NCBI RefSeq assembly: GCF_964204865.1
Contig: NC_135263.1
Location: 11,408,001-11,472,000, forward strand
Source of the DNA: Styela clava
Taxonomy: Eukaryota
DNA: 64,000 nucleotides
Direction of reading: 5' to 3'
Shown one piece after another: positions 27,934 through 40,224 of the stretch. Below the pieces are notes generated by a model, which worked only from the letters and a program-made list of their open reading frames with translations, did no database searches and was not told where the DNA came from. The position numbers were made by a program, and so were the translations under genes. The first letter of the stretch is position 1. Every line of letters begins with the position of its first letter.

Positions 27934-30153
27934 TTATCTTAGTGAATATAGGCCTAGACTGAAATATCTTGCGCAGATTAGGGAAGAAGTGAGGAAATAT
28001 AGGAAAAGAACACTATCGCAAGAGGGAATGGAGTTTCATTGTCCGACACTGTCATAGAGTCCACAATAGGCCCACTAATCGCGATAGGAAAACTGGGGCT
28101 TCTGACGCAGTCAGTTACAGAAAACCGCCGCAGCAGCGCGGCTGGTCTTTATTAATTAGTGTGAAGAACAGCCTGGTTCCCATTGTCATAATAGCCGATG
28201 GCATAACTCCTCAGGTACTGCCGATGATTATATTGCGGCTACAACGATGTTTATATTCCGTTTAGTTCGGTGTTCAATAATTTCAATGTTTATAATATAT
28301 ATATGGCACATTGGCGCTTGGGTCTTAGCAATTCTGTATTCTGGTCATGCTTTATGCTGGGTACTACACTTAGAAATGGATATAATTTATGTTACAGACA
28401 CACGAGTAAGCAATAGCCGAGCAATAATTGAAGATGCCCATATCTAAATAATTTAGGAATTAAAAAAGGTTTACGAATTGAACGTATACTTTTTGATTTC
28501 CTCGACCGAAAAAAAGAATGCATTTAAATTGAATTTAGATTTAAAATTCTCAGTTGATAGCCCACGTAAACTTTTTCAAACGTATGCATCTGTGTTCGAA
28601 AAAGAATATATTTCCATGTTTACGTATTTTCACATGATGCATTGCAACTTTGAAATGTGGTAACGCAATAAGAGCAAAATTTGGGATGTAATATCGAGCC
28701 CAATACAAATCGTAAATAAATTTAAAAAAAAAAAAAAAATCATCCTTTCATGAACTTTCCATTTTGAAAACTAAAATATAGAAATCTATTAGTCTATTAG
28801 CTGCAAAGGAAAGTATTTTTACGACACTCCCAGTAACAACAACAATTTGTCAAAACAATCCATATACAATACAATTCGTGTTAAATTATAACTGAAAATA
28901 ATAAATTTTATTAAGTCTGTCGCATATTCACAGAGCCACTTAGACGTATCGAAAGCATTCTATAATCGATCGCACATGCCGGGTCGACGAAGTTCTAAAA
29001 ATAAAGTCTCAAGTTGCATAACACCTTATCATTATATCTTGTTGGATTATTCATTATTGGGGACTGGGGTATGAAGTTTAAAATGTCGTATGAGTTGAAA
29101 TTATCTTTTTAATGTATTCAACCATAATCAGACATTTTTAACACATGTTATGTAACGCATCCATATTGCTACAAAATTCACGCCCTGTATTTATATCACA
29201 GTGTTGTACCCGGGTATCTTCAATATGATCTATCAGCATTTTTTGCTTGTTCGAAGAATGTTAAACAAAAAAAATGGTCGATTTGTCGTAAAAGGCTAGA
29301 ATATTTTACCTGATACAATGCATCAAAAGCCTATGTATCCAACATCGAATTCAAATTTGTAATTTTATTATCATCACAAACTATTGAATGTGTGAAAATG
29401 AATTGTTTCCTTCTTTGCCATTTGTAGATTCTCTTACCGAGTGGTAGATCACATTACACATTGCAACGTGCATTCTTTTTATAACACAACAAATGGTTTT
29501 AATTCATGCAATTGAATCTATCAGGATATCTTATACATTATACTCGATTTCATAAATCAACACAATGGACAATAGGGCCGTGACAGAAGGCGGTTCCCTA
29601 GTTGGCAGCATAAAATTCAAACATTTTATCAGGACTATAATCATTTTATATTCTACATATCTTCATGAAAAAAAACTTAATTCAATATAAACCAAAAAAG
29701 AAAACTTACTGGTGATTGAATGGCGACTGCCAAGTTAATGAATGTTCAAACGTTCTCGATTTCGGCAGTATATTGTCTTCACTACAGAAATACCAGCAAA
29801 TGAATCCTTCCTACCTCGAAAGAATCATGCATTCACAATTGATTGTATAAAAGGTACGGATGATTGAAGGCAGTTTTTCAGCGAATCATAGATGATTTGT
29901 AGTCAAGTAGTTATATTTCAAATTCATTTAAACAGGCATTATTTGAAACCGTGTATTCCGTATTATTGTGATGTGAATGAAATGGATGTAGGCATATGTT
30001 GTCTTGTGATTCCATTCAATTAATTCTACATATTGAAATTACTTAGGATATCCTGTGTAGATTATTTCGTTTGTGGAGGGAGACACAATACCTAACTATC
30101 ATTTATTTTGTTTTAATGAAGCTTTACAAAAGAAAATACTACGTTCAAAAATG

Positions 30154-30234
30154 TATAAATCAGAGCTATAAGCGAGATAAAATTCAGACTCAGGCAGCCT
30201 TCATCGAAAATACAACAAAGTTTTCAAGGTGAGT
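30154..30234 (+). promoter_or_regulatory. Putative TATA box and non-coding first exon of gene 7
   Basis: TATAAAT 30154-30160; Inr-like TTCAG about 30 nt later; donor AAG|GTGAGT at 30229. Homologous to 24700-24795 upstream of gene 6. Confidence 0.6.
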
Positions 30235-31733
30235 TACCAACTGTCTGCGAAATATATACACTGTTAAAAAAATTTTCCCAAATTTACTAAAAAAAAATGG
30301 CAGCAAAAGTACTGGCCCCATGTAAAAAAAATTACGAGCCCTATCAGTAGTATTATGAACAGTATTTTCAGTAAATTTACAGAGATTGATGGTAGCAAAA
30401 ATTACTATAAAACTGTAAAAAATACTACTTTTTTGACGGCAGTAAACCTACCCACCAGTAGTAATATTTTTTACCTTAAAATAGTAAATAAAATTACTAT
30501 CTCGATGGCAGCTACCTTACCCGACAGTAGTACCATACAATACTAGCATGATGGTAATTTCTCACTCGCGATGACCGAACCACTACGAGAGTAGCAAAGC
30601 TATTTACTAGCACGACACAACAGTAAACACACATATTACAGTTAAAATAAAAAAAACGAGATTCTGGAAACGAAAATCATTTTATTACAATTGATATTTT
30701 TATAAAACCATAAATACACACTGAACGCCTTTAAGGCTTGTAAAACAGTTTCGAAAGAAATTTCAGAAAATATATGGTCTACAGTCAAATTTAAACACCT
30801 ATTAGGAGACGTTGAAGGCTATCCATGCAATAAAATGAGGGCACAAGTTCTTGTAGGACATAGGAATTCTGTATGTAATGGATCAAAATCGAGTTTCTAT
30901 TGGCACTTGTTAGAAATCTGGTCTATACATTTCGAGGTCTATTTATTTATCTCAATAGATCCAAATAAAGTCAAACAAGAAAACGTTTTAGGACTGGGTT
31001 GTTTAGTTGACAAACTTATTTTGAAATCAAATTTCTGGATACCAGGCTATGAGACGCTGGCAAACGTGACATAATAACGAGACTATTGTAAGAATTTCAC
31101 GATTTTTTGCACTTTACTCTAATTATAATGTTTCAAAATGAAAATTTTGGGAAATATCATGCAACCTATTTTGTAGCTATGGCAAGAGTTTCAAAGATGA
31201 CAAATTCTAAAGTTAATTATGCAAGATAATTTTCAAGATAAGATTTCAAGGGGCGTGAAGTCGAAGAGCGGGAGTTTGAGGATTTTGGTAGGAGCATGAG
31301 TGGGAGTTCTAAATTTTGAAGCTTGCGGAGTCTATAGAGTTAATCATAGTCGGAGTTTATCCACACTTATGAATAGAGTTTGACTGGACATTTTTAAAGC
31401 TCATGAGCTAGGAGCAGAGTTTGCAGAAGTTGCAAATTCAAAAATGTTAAAATTGATAAAACTGGACAAAAAGTTACACTAAAGCAGCTGGCATAGCAGC
31501 AGTCAAATCTTATAAGATCAGGGAGTCAAGAGTTTTAATTCATATTTTGAAAGAGTCTTGAGCAGAAGACGGAGTCATATATTTGCAAATGTGGGAGTTG
31601 ATAGTCATGAGTGGAAGCCAGAAATTTTGTGGTTGAAGAAGATTACGGAGCAGAGTTTGTTTAAAATTATCCAGACTTCACACCCAACACACAGCTAAAT
31701 CATTTTTTATCAAATTAATCGATCAGCCAAAAG

Positions 31734-31864
31734 CAGGGCTGCGAACTCGAACTTCGAAAAACTCTATCAAATACATGAACTCAAACCCCTGACCAGGGTA
31801 ATGAACTCGAACTTGAGAAACTCAATCAAAGGCATGTGAAAATTTGATCGAGTTTTCACCCCTG
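31734..31864. mobile_element. Small hAT-type MITE nested in the CACTA element
   Basis: CAGGGCTGCGAACTCG ... CGAGTTTTCACCCCTG; TSD GCCAAAAG / GTCAAAAG (1 mismatch). Confidence 0.65.
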
Positions 31865-31906
31865 GTCAAAAGTGATGTAAGCTGCAGTAACACCACCAAA
31901 GTTTAC

Positions 31907-33960
31907 TTAAACATCAATTTCTAACAACGGCACATATAACGCCTGTGATAGATTCACTCTTCTTGCAAGGCCGATTACTTTTGCATGAACGTCTTTGCCT
32001 TTACTTTTTTTCGACTTAGTGCCTCTGGGGTTTATGTCACCGAAGAACCTGAAAAAAGACCGAACTTAAATGGCGAATAGGTTTCACATATGAAATTTGG
32101 AAAACGTCCTGTCATCTCACCACCAAAATAGTAAAAACACAAACACTGGACAAAAATAGTAAAAATGTCAGGTATTTATAATGTATCGTGCCTTGCCAAG
32201 GGATAAACAAAAAACTGCCAGTGGGCCAGGAATGCAATTGCTAAACCAAGAAGCACCAGATCCTCCTAGCCTCCAGTTGTCGCAAATCGCAATAGGCTCA
32301 TCCGCTCGTTGACATTCGATTGCAAATGCAGCAATTGAAAAATATTGTATTAATTTCTGTCATTAGTAATGATTTTTTGCAAATATATCAAAAATTTCCT
32401 GCTACAAAATGGAGAGCACAGTGACATCGTTTGAAATTGAAGTTCACTAAAATAGGATTGTTGTGAGTTCATTTTTCACATATGGATGTAAAACATATTA
32501 GATTAGGAGGAAACATGTGTGGTACCGCCAGTCAGTCTATTATTAACCACCTAAAACTGTTTAACTAATTAAATTATTCTCAGCCCCACTTATGGCCCAG
32601 TCCCCAGGATATGGACACCATGAGTTTGTGCAAGTCCAGTCACATATTTCCTTTTCACAACCCATTTTTTGTATTGTATGTCATCAAATAACACTACATG
32701 ACAGAAGAAACAGGTAATTCGTCAACAACGTGTACATTGTGCCAACAGCAAGAATTATATCAGCACTGTAGACTAGCACATTTTTTCTTACCTCTGAATA
32801 AAATCAAACGTCAGCAAGGCCTTCTTTGGATATTCTATGTTGAAAACATAGAACGAAGCAAACTGAAAAGCTACCGCTTCAAAAAACGATCTACAGGAAC
32901 ACACCACTTCTCGTTCAGCGATGACGTAAAAAGTCTCAGCAGTCGCTACCGTGTTACCTGAAACACAAGATTGTAAACTTTAGCTTCGAATCTATAGGCT
33001 TATGAATAAAGTGAAAGTCACTCGACAGGTTGATTAATCTTATTATCTCAACTTCTAAAGCCAACTAATAACAAATACACTTACTAGAGGTGGATGATTA
33101 GTGATTTTTTTGATAATATGCAATTACACAATTATTAATTGTATAATAGTACGATCATCTCCAAATTGGCTTTGGCTATATATCTAACATAGCAGACATG
33201 GATTTGTTCTTATTTTCACTCACCGTTGATAGCAAGCGCAACACTGATAAAACGAAGGGAGAACTTATTACATTGATGAGGCTTATGATGCGCATTACGT
33301 TCTTTCAGAAATAATATATTTCATATTTCAAGCAATGCATACTGTGACGCAACAGTTAAAGCAGGTTGCATGACAGAAGCTGGTGATATTATTTTATAAT
33401 AATCACAACTGAGAAGTATATGGCGACACAAAATGGCCTTTGAAAAAGTTGCGCAGAATTAATCACAGGAAAACAGCTATCATATCATTTTTCGAAATTG
33501 TTCCCGATATTCACAATTACATCGCTCACCTCTAACACTTACCTATGCAAGCAATAAATGGAGATTTTGGAATATCTTTTAATATCTGGGAAAAAGTGGT
33601 TTCTTTCTGAAAATAGGCAAAGTAGTGAATGTATATGCAAAAAAATTCCGTTAACCACTATCATGCAGTTAGTTTCCAATTAATTTGCAGTCGGCTCACA
33701 AAACTTTATACGAACAGTGTTGTGCAGAAGTTACATTACTCTTGATGCAAAAACTTTCAAAAAAAAGTACTTTACACAAAAAAAGCATAGAACATACCTG
33801 GAAACACTTAAATATTTGGTTTAGGTTTTCTCCGAAATAATAGGCGATCAACGTGACCACCCCAGTCGATTTTGGTAATTCAGTTTTCAGACTCTTTGAT
33901 TCCGATTTTGAAGAACTTATAAATTCAGAAATTTTCTTATTGGTTGAATATTTCAATGTT
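31907..33960 (-). CDS. Transposon-borne spliced gene fragment: C-terminal domain of the SAMD3-like/EnSpm accessory protein type
   Basis: Four phase-compatible GT-AG exons: 33960-33798, 33606-33543, 32957-32792, 32048-31907. They give ...GVVTLIAYYFGENLNQIFKCFQ KETTFSQILKDIPKSPFIACIG NTVATAETFYVIAEREVVCSCRSFFEAVAFQFASFYVFNIEYPKKALLTFDFIQR FFGDINPRGTKSKK...VHAKVIGLARR...DV*. The FYVFNIEYP...FIQR...INP motif is recalled from animal EnSpm-derived proteins. 5' exons not found. Confidence 0.72.
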
Positions 33961-33972
33961 CTAAATAATAAT

Positions 33973-34354
33973 GCCTGCTAAAACGCTTAAAAACAGTGAA
34001 AAACCGTCAAAAAACACCCAGAACCCTGCTAAACGCTTAAAAACAGTGACCAACCGTCAAAAAACACCAAGAACCCTGCTAAAACGCTTAAAAACAGTGA
34101 AAAAACGTCAAAAAAACACCAAGAACCCTGCTAAAACGCCTAAAAACAGTGAAAACCCGTCAAAAAACACCAAGAATCCTGCTAAAACGCTTAAAAACAG
34201 TGAACAACCGTAAAAAAACACCAAGAACCCTGCTATAACCCTTAAAAACAGTGAAAAACCGTCAAAAAACACCAAGAACCCTGCTAAAACGCTTAAAAAC
34301 AGTGAAAGCCCGTCAAAAAACACCAAGAACCCTGCTAAAACGCTTAAAAACAGT
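33973..34354. repeat. 51-bp minisatellite, about 7.5 copies
   Basis: Unit aaccctgctaaaacgcttaaaaacagtgaaaaaccgtcaaaaaacaccaag; lies inside the CACTA element. Confidence 0.95.
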
Positions 34355-35517
34355 CAAATAATACAGTGTAAATTGTGAAATCGCCAAATACGTTCCGAAC
34401 AAGATGGCCGCCTTGTAGACTTTGTAGGTATAGTTGAATTCATCTGTCTGTTACCGGTACCGTACCTATTGTTGCCACTGACTTGTAACGTTTGAACGTA
34501 TCCTATCACCATAGGCTACCGGTAAGTTACATCTATTCCGAAACAAATACTGAAATAGCCAATTCAGATTTTTACTCTTGGTCGTCGATATATACCGGTA
34601 CCGGTAAGACGGCGAAACTAACGCAGTGTGTAAGCATGTCGCTGTATACAGGTAGGCTACGGTACCGGTACCATTAGATGCTGATGTACACGGTATTTAA
34701 AGAATATTTTGGTCTACCAACTACAAGTCTGCTACTGTAACACAAACATGCTCAATTAACGCATGAAAAGCTACAAAAACCAACCGCCTAAAATAAACAT
34801 CCACTAACGACAAAGAGCCTCGCTTACCGAGTCCTAATTCCTGAACCAGAAAAAGCGCGGGCTACAGGCACGTGACATTTGAGTGATGTCATAATTGGCA
34901 CATTACCGGTACTAAATGACCTATGACCGGAAAGAGAAGGATTAAAATATAGGACACTTTGATCTCTGCAAAAAGTACCAGTACCGGTACCTCAATATTC
35001 AGACCACTACCCGTGGTAAATTCGCAGCTACCGTACAGACCGTTGCTAACACAATCATCAAACTCAGACTCACGCTATTGCATACTTAACATACGTACCG
35101 CATTCAGTTTTCATACGCACGCAACCGATGCTGAGCTCCCAAACAGCTTAGCGTCCCAGCCGAGATGCGCGGCACAAGGAAACTCGAAATCAAAAATGCT
35201 GCGCACGCAACCTGCCCCGTGGAGTTTTTGCGGATGAATATTTGGACAAATAGGTCCGCTTACTTCCGGAAAAATAAGATATAAAACAATATCTTATCTT
35301 GTCTAATGCAATAGCAAAACAATCAGAATTTTTGGGTGATGAACCAAAATAATTCTAGAATAAAATTAATTCAAATTAATTTGATACCCAGAGCAAAATT
35401 TAGATGAAATTTTAAAGTATTTAAATTTGCTTCGTGACTATATCGCATGCGTAGGTAGATAAATTCGTTCATTGGAAAGAATAGTTACTCGTAAATTAGA
35501 GGAACTTAGATTTTTTT

Positions 35518-35663
35518 TACTTTTTCCAAGTATACAAATCTTTTTACTATTTTTCTGTTATATTAATTACTAACTGATCAGTGAAATTACTACTTTTTCC
35601 AAGTATACAAATCTTTTTACTATTTTTCTGTTATATTAATTACTAACTGATCAGTGAAATTAC
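35518..35663. repeat. Perfect 73-bp tandem duplication
   Basis: tactttttccaagtatac...gatcagtgaaattac occurs at 35518-35590 and 35591-35663. Confidence 0.95.
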
Positions 35664-35872
35664 TATTCATTAGTAAACTATTAACAAACAAGCACCCTGA
35701 TTGGCTTAGCTAAGCAAGTCACGTGATTTCAATAAAATACTCGAAAAATTAGTAAAAATTTACTAGAAAAATTAGTATATTTACTAATTTTTTTAACAGT
35801 GTAGCTTAAATTGAAATCTTTGTATAAAATAATTTTGCAACTTTCTATTCAGTTCAACTGTATCAAACAAGA

Positions 35873-36998
35873 ATGAAAGCACGATTCTTGATTCTTTTGG
35901 CACTTGTGGCGATCCTCGCTTTTGACGGGGGGGATTCTTGGTTTAGTCGTAGACGACGAAGGCGTCACTGCGCACCATCATTCAAATCAAGCTACTACGC
36001 ACTACTGAGGCATTATCGTGCCATGTATAGACGCCACATTCACGTACTGCATATGTACAGAGGTTTGGTTTCATTCGTCCTTCGAGAGGGTAGAAATGCA
36101 ATGAAATACGGTAACGATGTGAGAAATCTTGGGCGAAAAATGATTGCTCAGTTCCACAAACACAGGTAAAAAAAATTTTCTAAGCCTGACGATTAGAAAA
36201 CCGTCAAAATATTTTTCCACCACAGGGCCGCATGATATTTTCGCAGCAATCAAGACCATCCTCCAGCTATGTTTTCAAGTTTTGTGAACCAATAAACATG
36301 CGAATAATGATGTTGTGCAGTCCCCATATATTTTGAAAAAATTATCATGAAATATACTAATACTACGTGTTTATATCCTTTATATAAATATTTATTACAT
36401 TACAGACAATATACTGGCGATATAGAATTTGAAGACAAAACTTTCATGGACGAGGTAATAGAGAAAATATGTTTTAGACTTATTAGGATTGAATTTAACT
36501 GTCAATTACTATATTTATATACATCTATATTACCAAAACTTTAATCGCAACAAGTATCTTACATAAAAAAATACGTTTATTCTTGCTATCTTAGAGCCAT
36601 GATTTTGACGATGAGAAGTTCGATGAACAAGATATCGATGATCAGGACATGTTCCAGGATTCAGAAGATTTTGAAAACGAAGACGAGGAAGAACTCAAAC
36701 AATTATCCGGTGAAGGTAACAAAACATTACCAACAAACCAATTAAACAATAAAATATTTTGAGCTTTTTGTCATCTCAATAGGACGATAGTATTTGAGGT
36801 AACATCACGATTTTTTTAAACAAAACTGATAAATTACATTGATTTTAAAAGTTAGATTTATTTGCATTATTCAAACTCAAACTGGATCAGGCCCGATCCT
36901 AATTATAAACCCAAGGCTCTTTTAGAATATTATTTATTTTTTATTATTAAGTGGAAGACACCGATCAAAACATCCACGAGACTCAACAAAGAGAATAA
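35873..36998 (+). CDS. Cluster gene 7: paralog of gene 6 (169 aa)
   Basis: Exons 35873-36165, 36406-36454, 36595-36715, 36952-36998 (510 nt open). MKARFLILLALVAILAFDGGDS WFSRRRRRRHCAPSFKSSYY...FHKHR QYT-G-DIEFEDKTFMDE SHDFDDEKF...LSGE VEDTDQNIHETQQRE*. Confidence 0.9.
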
Positions 36999-38379
36999 TG
37001 AGAGAGAAAAGACAAATACGAGAAATCAGGGGGGTAAATTTACCGAGAAAAAGATTTTTACATTTTTTTTTTGAGTTAATGATATTCATGTTTTATATTT
37101 AACAACGATGGATCTGCAATTTTGTTTCAAGAAAAGAAAAACCTCGCCGGCTCAATTTCTCACGCTTTTCATATCTCAGTTTAGAAATGGCCTTGTTGCA
37201 TTCCATTCATGCAGAGTGAAAGTAATGTGAAACTTATAAATTTTATTGAACTTCGTTATACTGTTAACATTAGGAATGTTGCATATAGAAGATGAATAGA
37301 TATTTATTAAATCTAATCACCGGGCAGTAATGATGAATTGTACTGCAAGTGTTCTTAATATGGTTCTTTCGATTTGCGGGCTTGCGACCCATTCAACGAC
37401 TTTAAAACATCTCGCGAGAATTTTAATTTCCCGCCATATGGATCATTTTTGAAATGGGTGTACGAAATGTTACATTAATTTATACCATTTATATATATAT
37501 ATTAACCATTTTCATGGCTTTCCATGAAAAATTTAATCACTGTCAAAGCAGTACCGCTTTGTGATTTCACATTGTCCATATCTTCTGTGACGTAACCAAA
37601 TTACCATATTCCCCGCCTTCTACGATAGAATTCCCTTTAACACGCGGTGCACGCTCAATTTATGCATTGGGGAGAATGCTACCCTTATGTGTGTCTAGAT
37701 TTATTGTTGATTAGTTCCCTGATAAGTTCTGATTAATCCTGTATCATACATTAGAAAATGATTGTCAAGTTTGAACTTTGAGACTTAGAATGAGAATGTT
37801 ATTAGGTTTATTATATCCTGAATGAAGCAGGAACTGAGGAATACCCTACCATAACTTACCAGTACTGGTACCCGGACTGCCCTAGCTTTCCCAGGTACTG
37901 CGGCGATAATGATTTATGCGTCTAGTCTAATCGTGAAGGAAAATACAAAATGAGTCGAGTCACAACTGTGGTACCAAATCCTCACAGTCCTGGTAGCCTA
38001 CCGTTTTTTATCTTACATTCGCCCTAGCTTATCAAAAGCTCCCGTCTCCACTGGCCCAGAGATCGGTGACATGTAGTCGCGGAATCGCTACAAATAATTT
38101 TTGATGACGTTACCATACAAAAATTCTAAACAATAACAGAAAGAAGAACAAGAATACCAACAACAACTCAATAACAAAACGATTCATAGGTACATTTCGT
38201 GTCCATTGAAAGGGAAAATTGAAAATCTAGTATGAATGGGAACTTGTTTCAATACACATAGGCGCTGGGGTCATTGCAAATTGGGCTTCGGACCAGTTCA
38301 CATTACTACATTCAGATATTTGTATTATTTTATTCGCTACTAGTAATGAGAAAACAGTTACGCGCCAAAATGACTAATA

Positions 38380-39582
38380 CAGAGGCGGGCAACATACGGC
38401 CCGCGGGCCGGGTCCGGCCCGCGACGAGATTTTGACCGGCCCGCTGACTGTATCCAACCACACTCTGTAATGTGGTCCAACGAATCATTCCTGAAAGTTG
38501 CCGATCGCTCTACTCTGACCGCACTGTCAGAGCGAGCTGGTGAAATAAACAATTGCCTTAGTGAACAAACAATGGACCTTCCCCCGACCTTTAATCTCCG
38601 AAAAATTCTTTCTATATTTTACCATTGCAAAATTTTCGGGGCTTATTTTAAGAGTGATTTCGCGAGCTGGCGCCTGTAAAATGGGGTATGTGTTTCAAAC
38701 CATCATTATGATTCATCGCATAGAACAATCTGTCTTTCAAGAGTACCGATAAAAAATTTAAGGCCAGTCTATCACAGCTATTTCTACACTAATTCTTTAT
38801 TACTGCAATTAAATTAAAACTCATAAGAAGACAGAGTGATCATTGAATTATCCGATATATATTTAAATTTCCGAAACACAACTGAAATCTAACGAATAGA
38901 GTTCAAAAACGAGATAATGTTTACGACCACGCCTGAAAATCTGTCTAAGGGAGAAAAGTGTCTGAGCGGATACGAAAATGTGACATTGTTACGTCACTTT
39001 TGCACCTTGCTGATTGGCCAATGTCACGAAGTAAACAAGGAAGTTGATGCTCGGGGAAAGGTCCATTACGTTAGCACACTTGTTAAACAACAAAGCAAAG
39101 AGCGGTGTAAACATTCCCCACTACTGTTATATTTGGATTCTAAATATAAATAGATTTTATATTAGGTTTTATTAATCAGGGAATACCCCATGAAACGTAA
39201 ACTTGACAGAGTGTCGAGATTTAACAAAGATTGGATACCGAAGTATTTTTTACAAAGGTTGGCAACAAAGCAGTATGTTTACTGTGTGGTCAAAGTGTTG
39301 CGGTATAAAAAGAGTACAACATTAGTCTTCATTATGTAACGAAACGTGGAAACTATGGCAATAATTTATCAGCAGTGGAACGGCAAACTAGAGCAAAAGT
39401 ACTGGACAGAAAACTTGCTAGGCAGCAGAATGTTTTTTAAACGCGATTTATAATTTTCTTTCTTGCATTAGCAAATAAATATGTGATTAAGATATTGAAT
39501 ACTATTCATGTAATAATCCGGCCCGTCGAGGCCTTCATTTTCCCACATCTGGCCCGCCGACTAAAGAAGTTGCCCACCCCTG
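38380..39582. mobile_element. hAT (Charlie-like) non-autonomous element
   Basis: CAGAGGCGGGCAAC ... GTTGCCCACCCCTG; ggcccgcgggcc subterminal palindrome; 8-bp TSD GACTAATA. Confidence 0.9.
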
Positions 39583-40224
39583 GACTAATAATAGGTATTC
39601 TCCGGTAGCTCCTATAAACTGTTGTCTATTATAAGAAGCTGTATTAATAACCGTGTACCATCAGTTAACCTTATTAAACCATAAAAATAAATACAACAGA
39701 GGACATTTAAAATAATCAAGAGAAATTGCCTAGCAGTAACATATGGTTAACAATATCCGTGTTCATGGACCTGACAGTGTGTCGTTTGACAGTTTGGAAC
39801 CTCGGCCGTTCAGATTTTGTTTTCGTGTAACGCTAGTCTGCATGTCGCTACATCACATAGCCAGACAACGTATAGTCTTGCTATTGAGGCTCATGTTTTG
39901 TACCGATATGCGGTGCAGTGTATGAATAATCATTACGTTTAAACACAGAAATAACTTGTAGTCTACCTACTGACCGATAATCTATATCGACAAAAAGTCG
40001 GGTCACATATTTTACGAGGTAATTCTTTGTTTAAATACGGCATTTTGAAATTGAGATCACTATAGTAAACATATGGCTGAGTTCATACCTAAAAATTTTA
40101 CAGATGGAAAATATACTTGTCTGTAGGTTCTGTTAAGTGTCATTTACACCAAATTGATAATTTTTACAAATGGTATTGCAGTATACAATTATCTGTGACT
40201 GTATCATAATCTTGCTAGCTTATG

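Larger units (their letters stand above)
30259..35801. mobile_element. CACTA/EnSpm-like DNA transposon, non-autonomous, 5543 bp
   Basis: TIRs CACTGTTAAAAAAATT ... AATTTTTTTAACAGTG, with TA on both sides. The two flanks align to the gene 6 upstream region (left to about 24730-24805, right to about 25050-25095). TTTACTA/TAGTAAA-type subterminal motifs; internal spliced ORF of an EnSpm-associated type. Confidence 0.85.

Noticed and set aside
33971-34326. Repetitive ORFs (PAKTLKNSEK.../VFFDGFSLFL...)
   Set aside because: Translations of the 51-bp minisatellite, with frameshifts between units.
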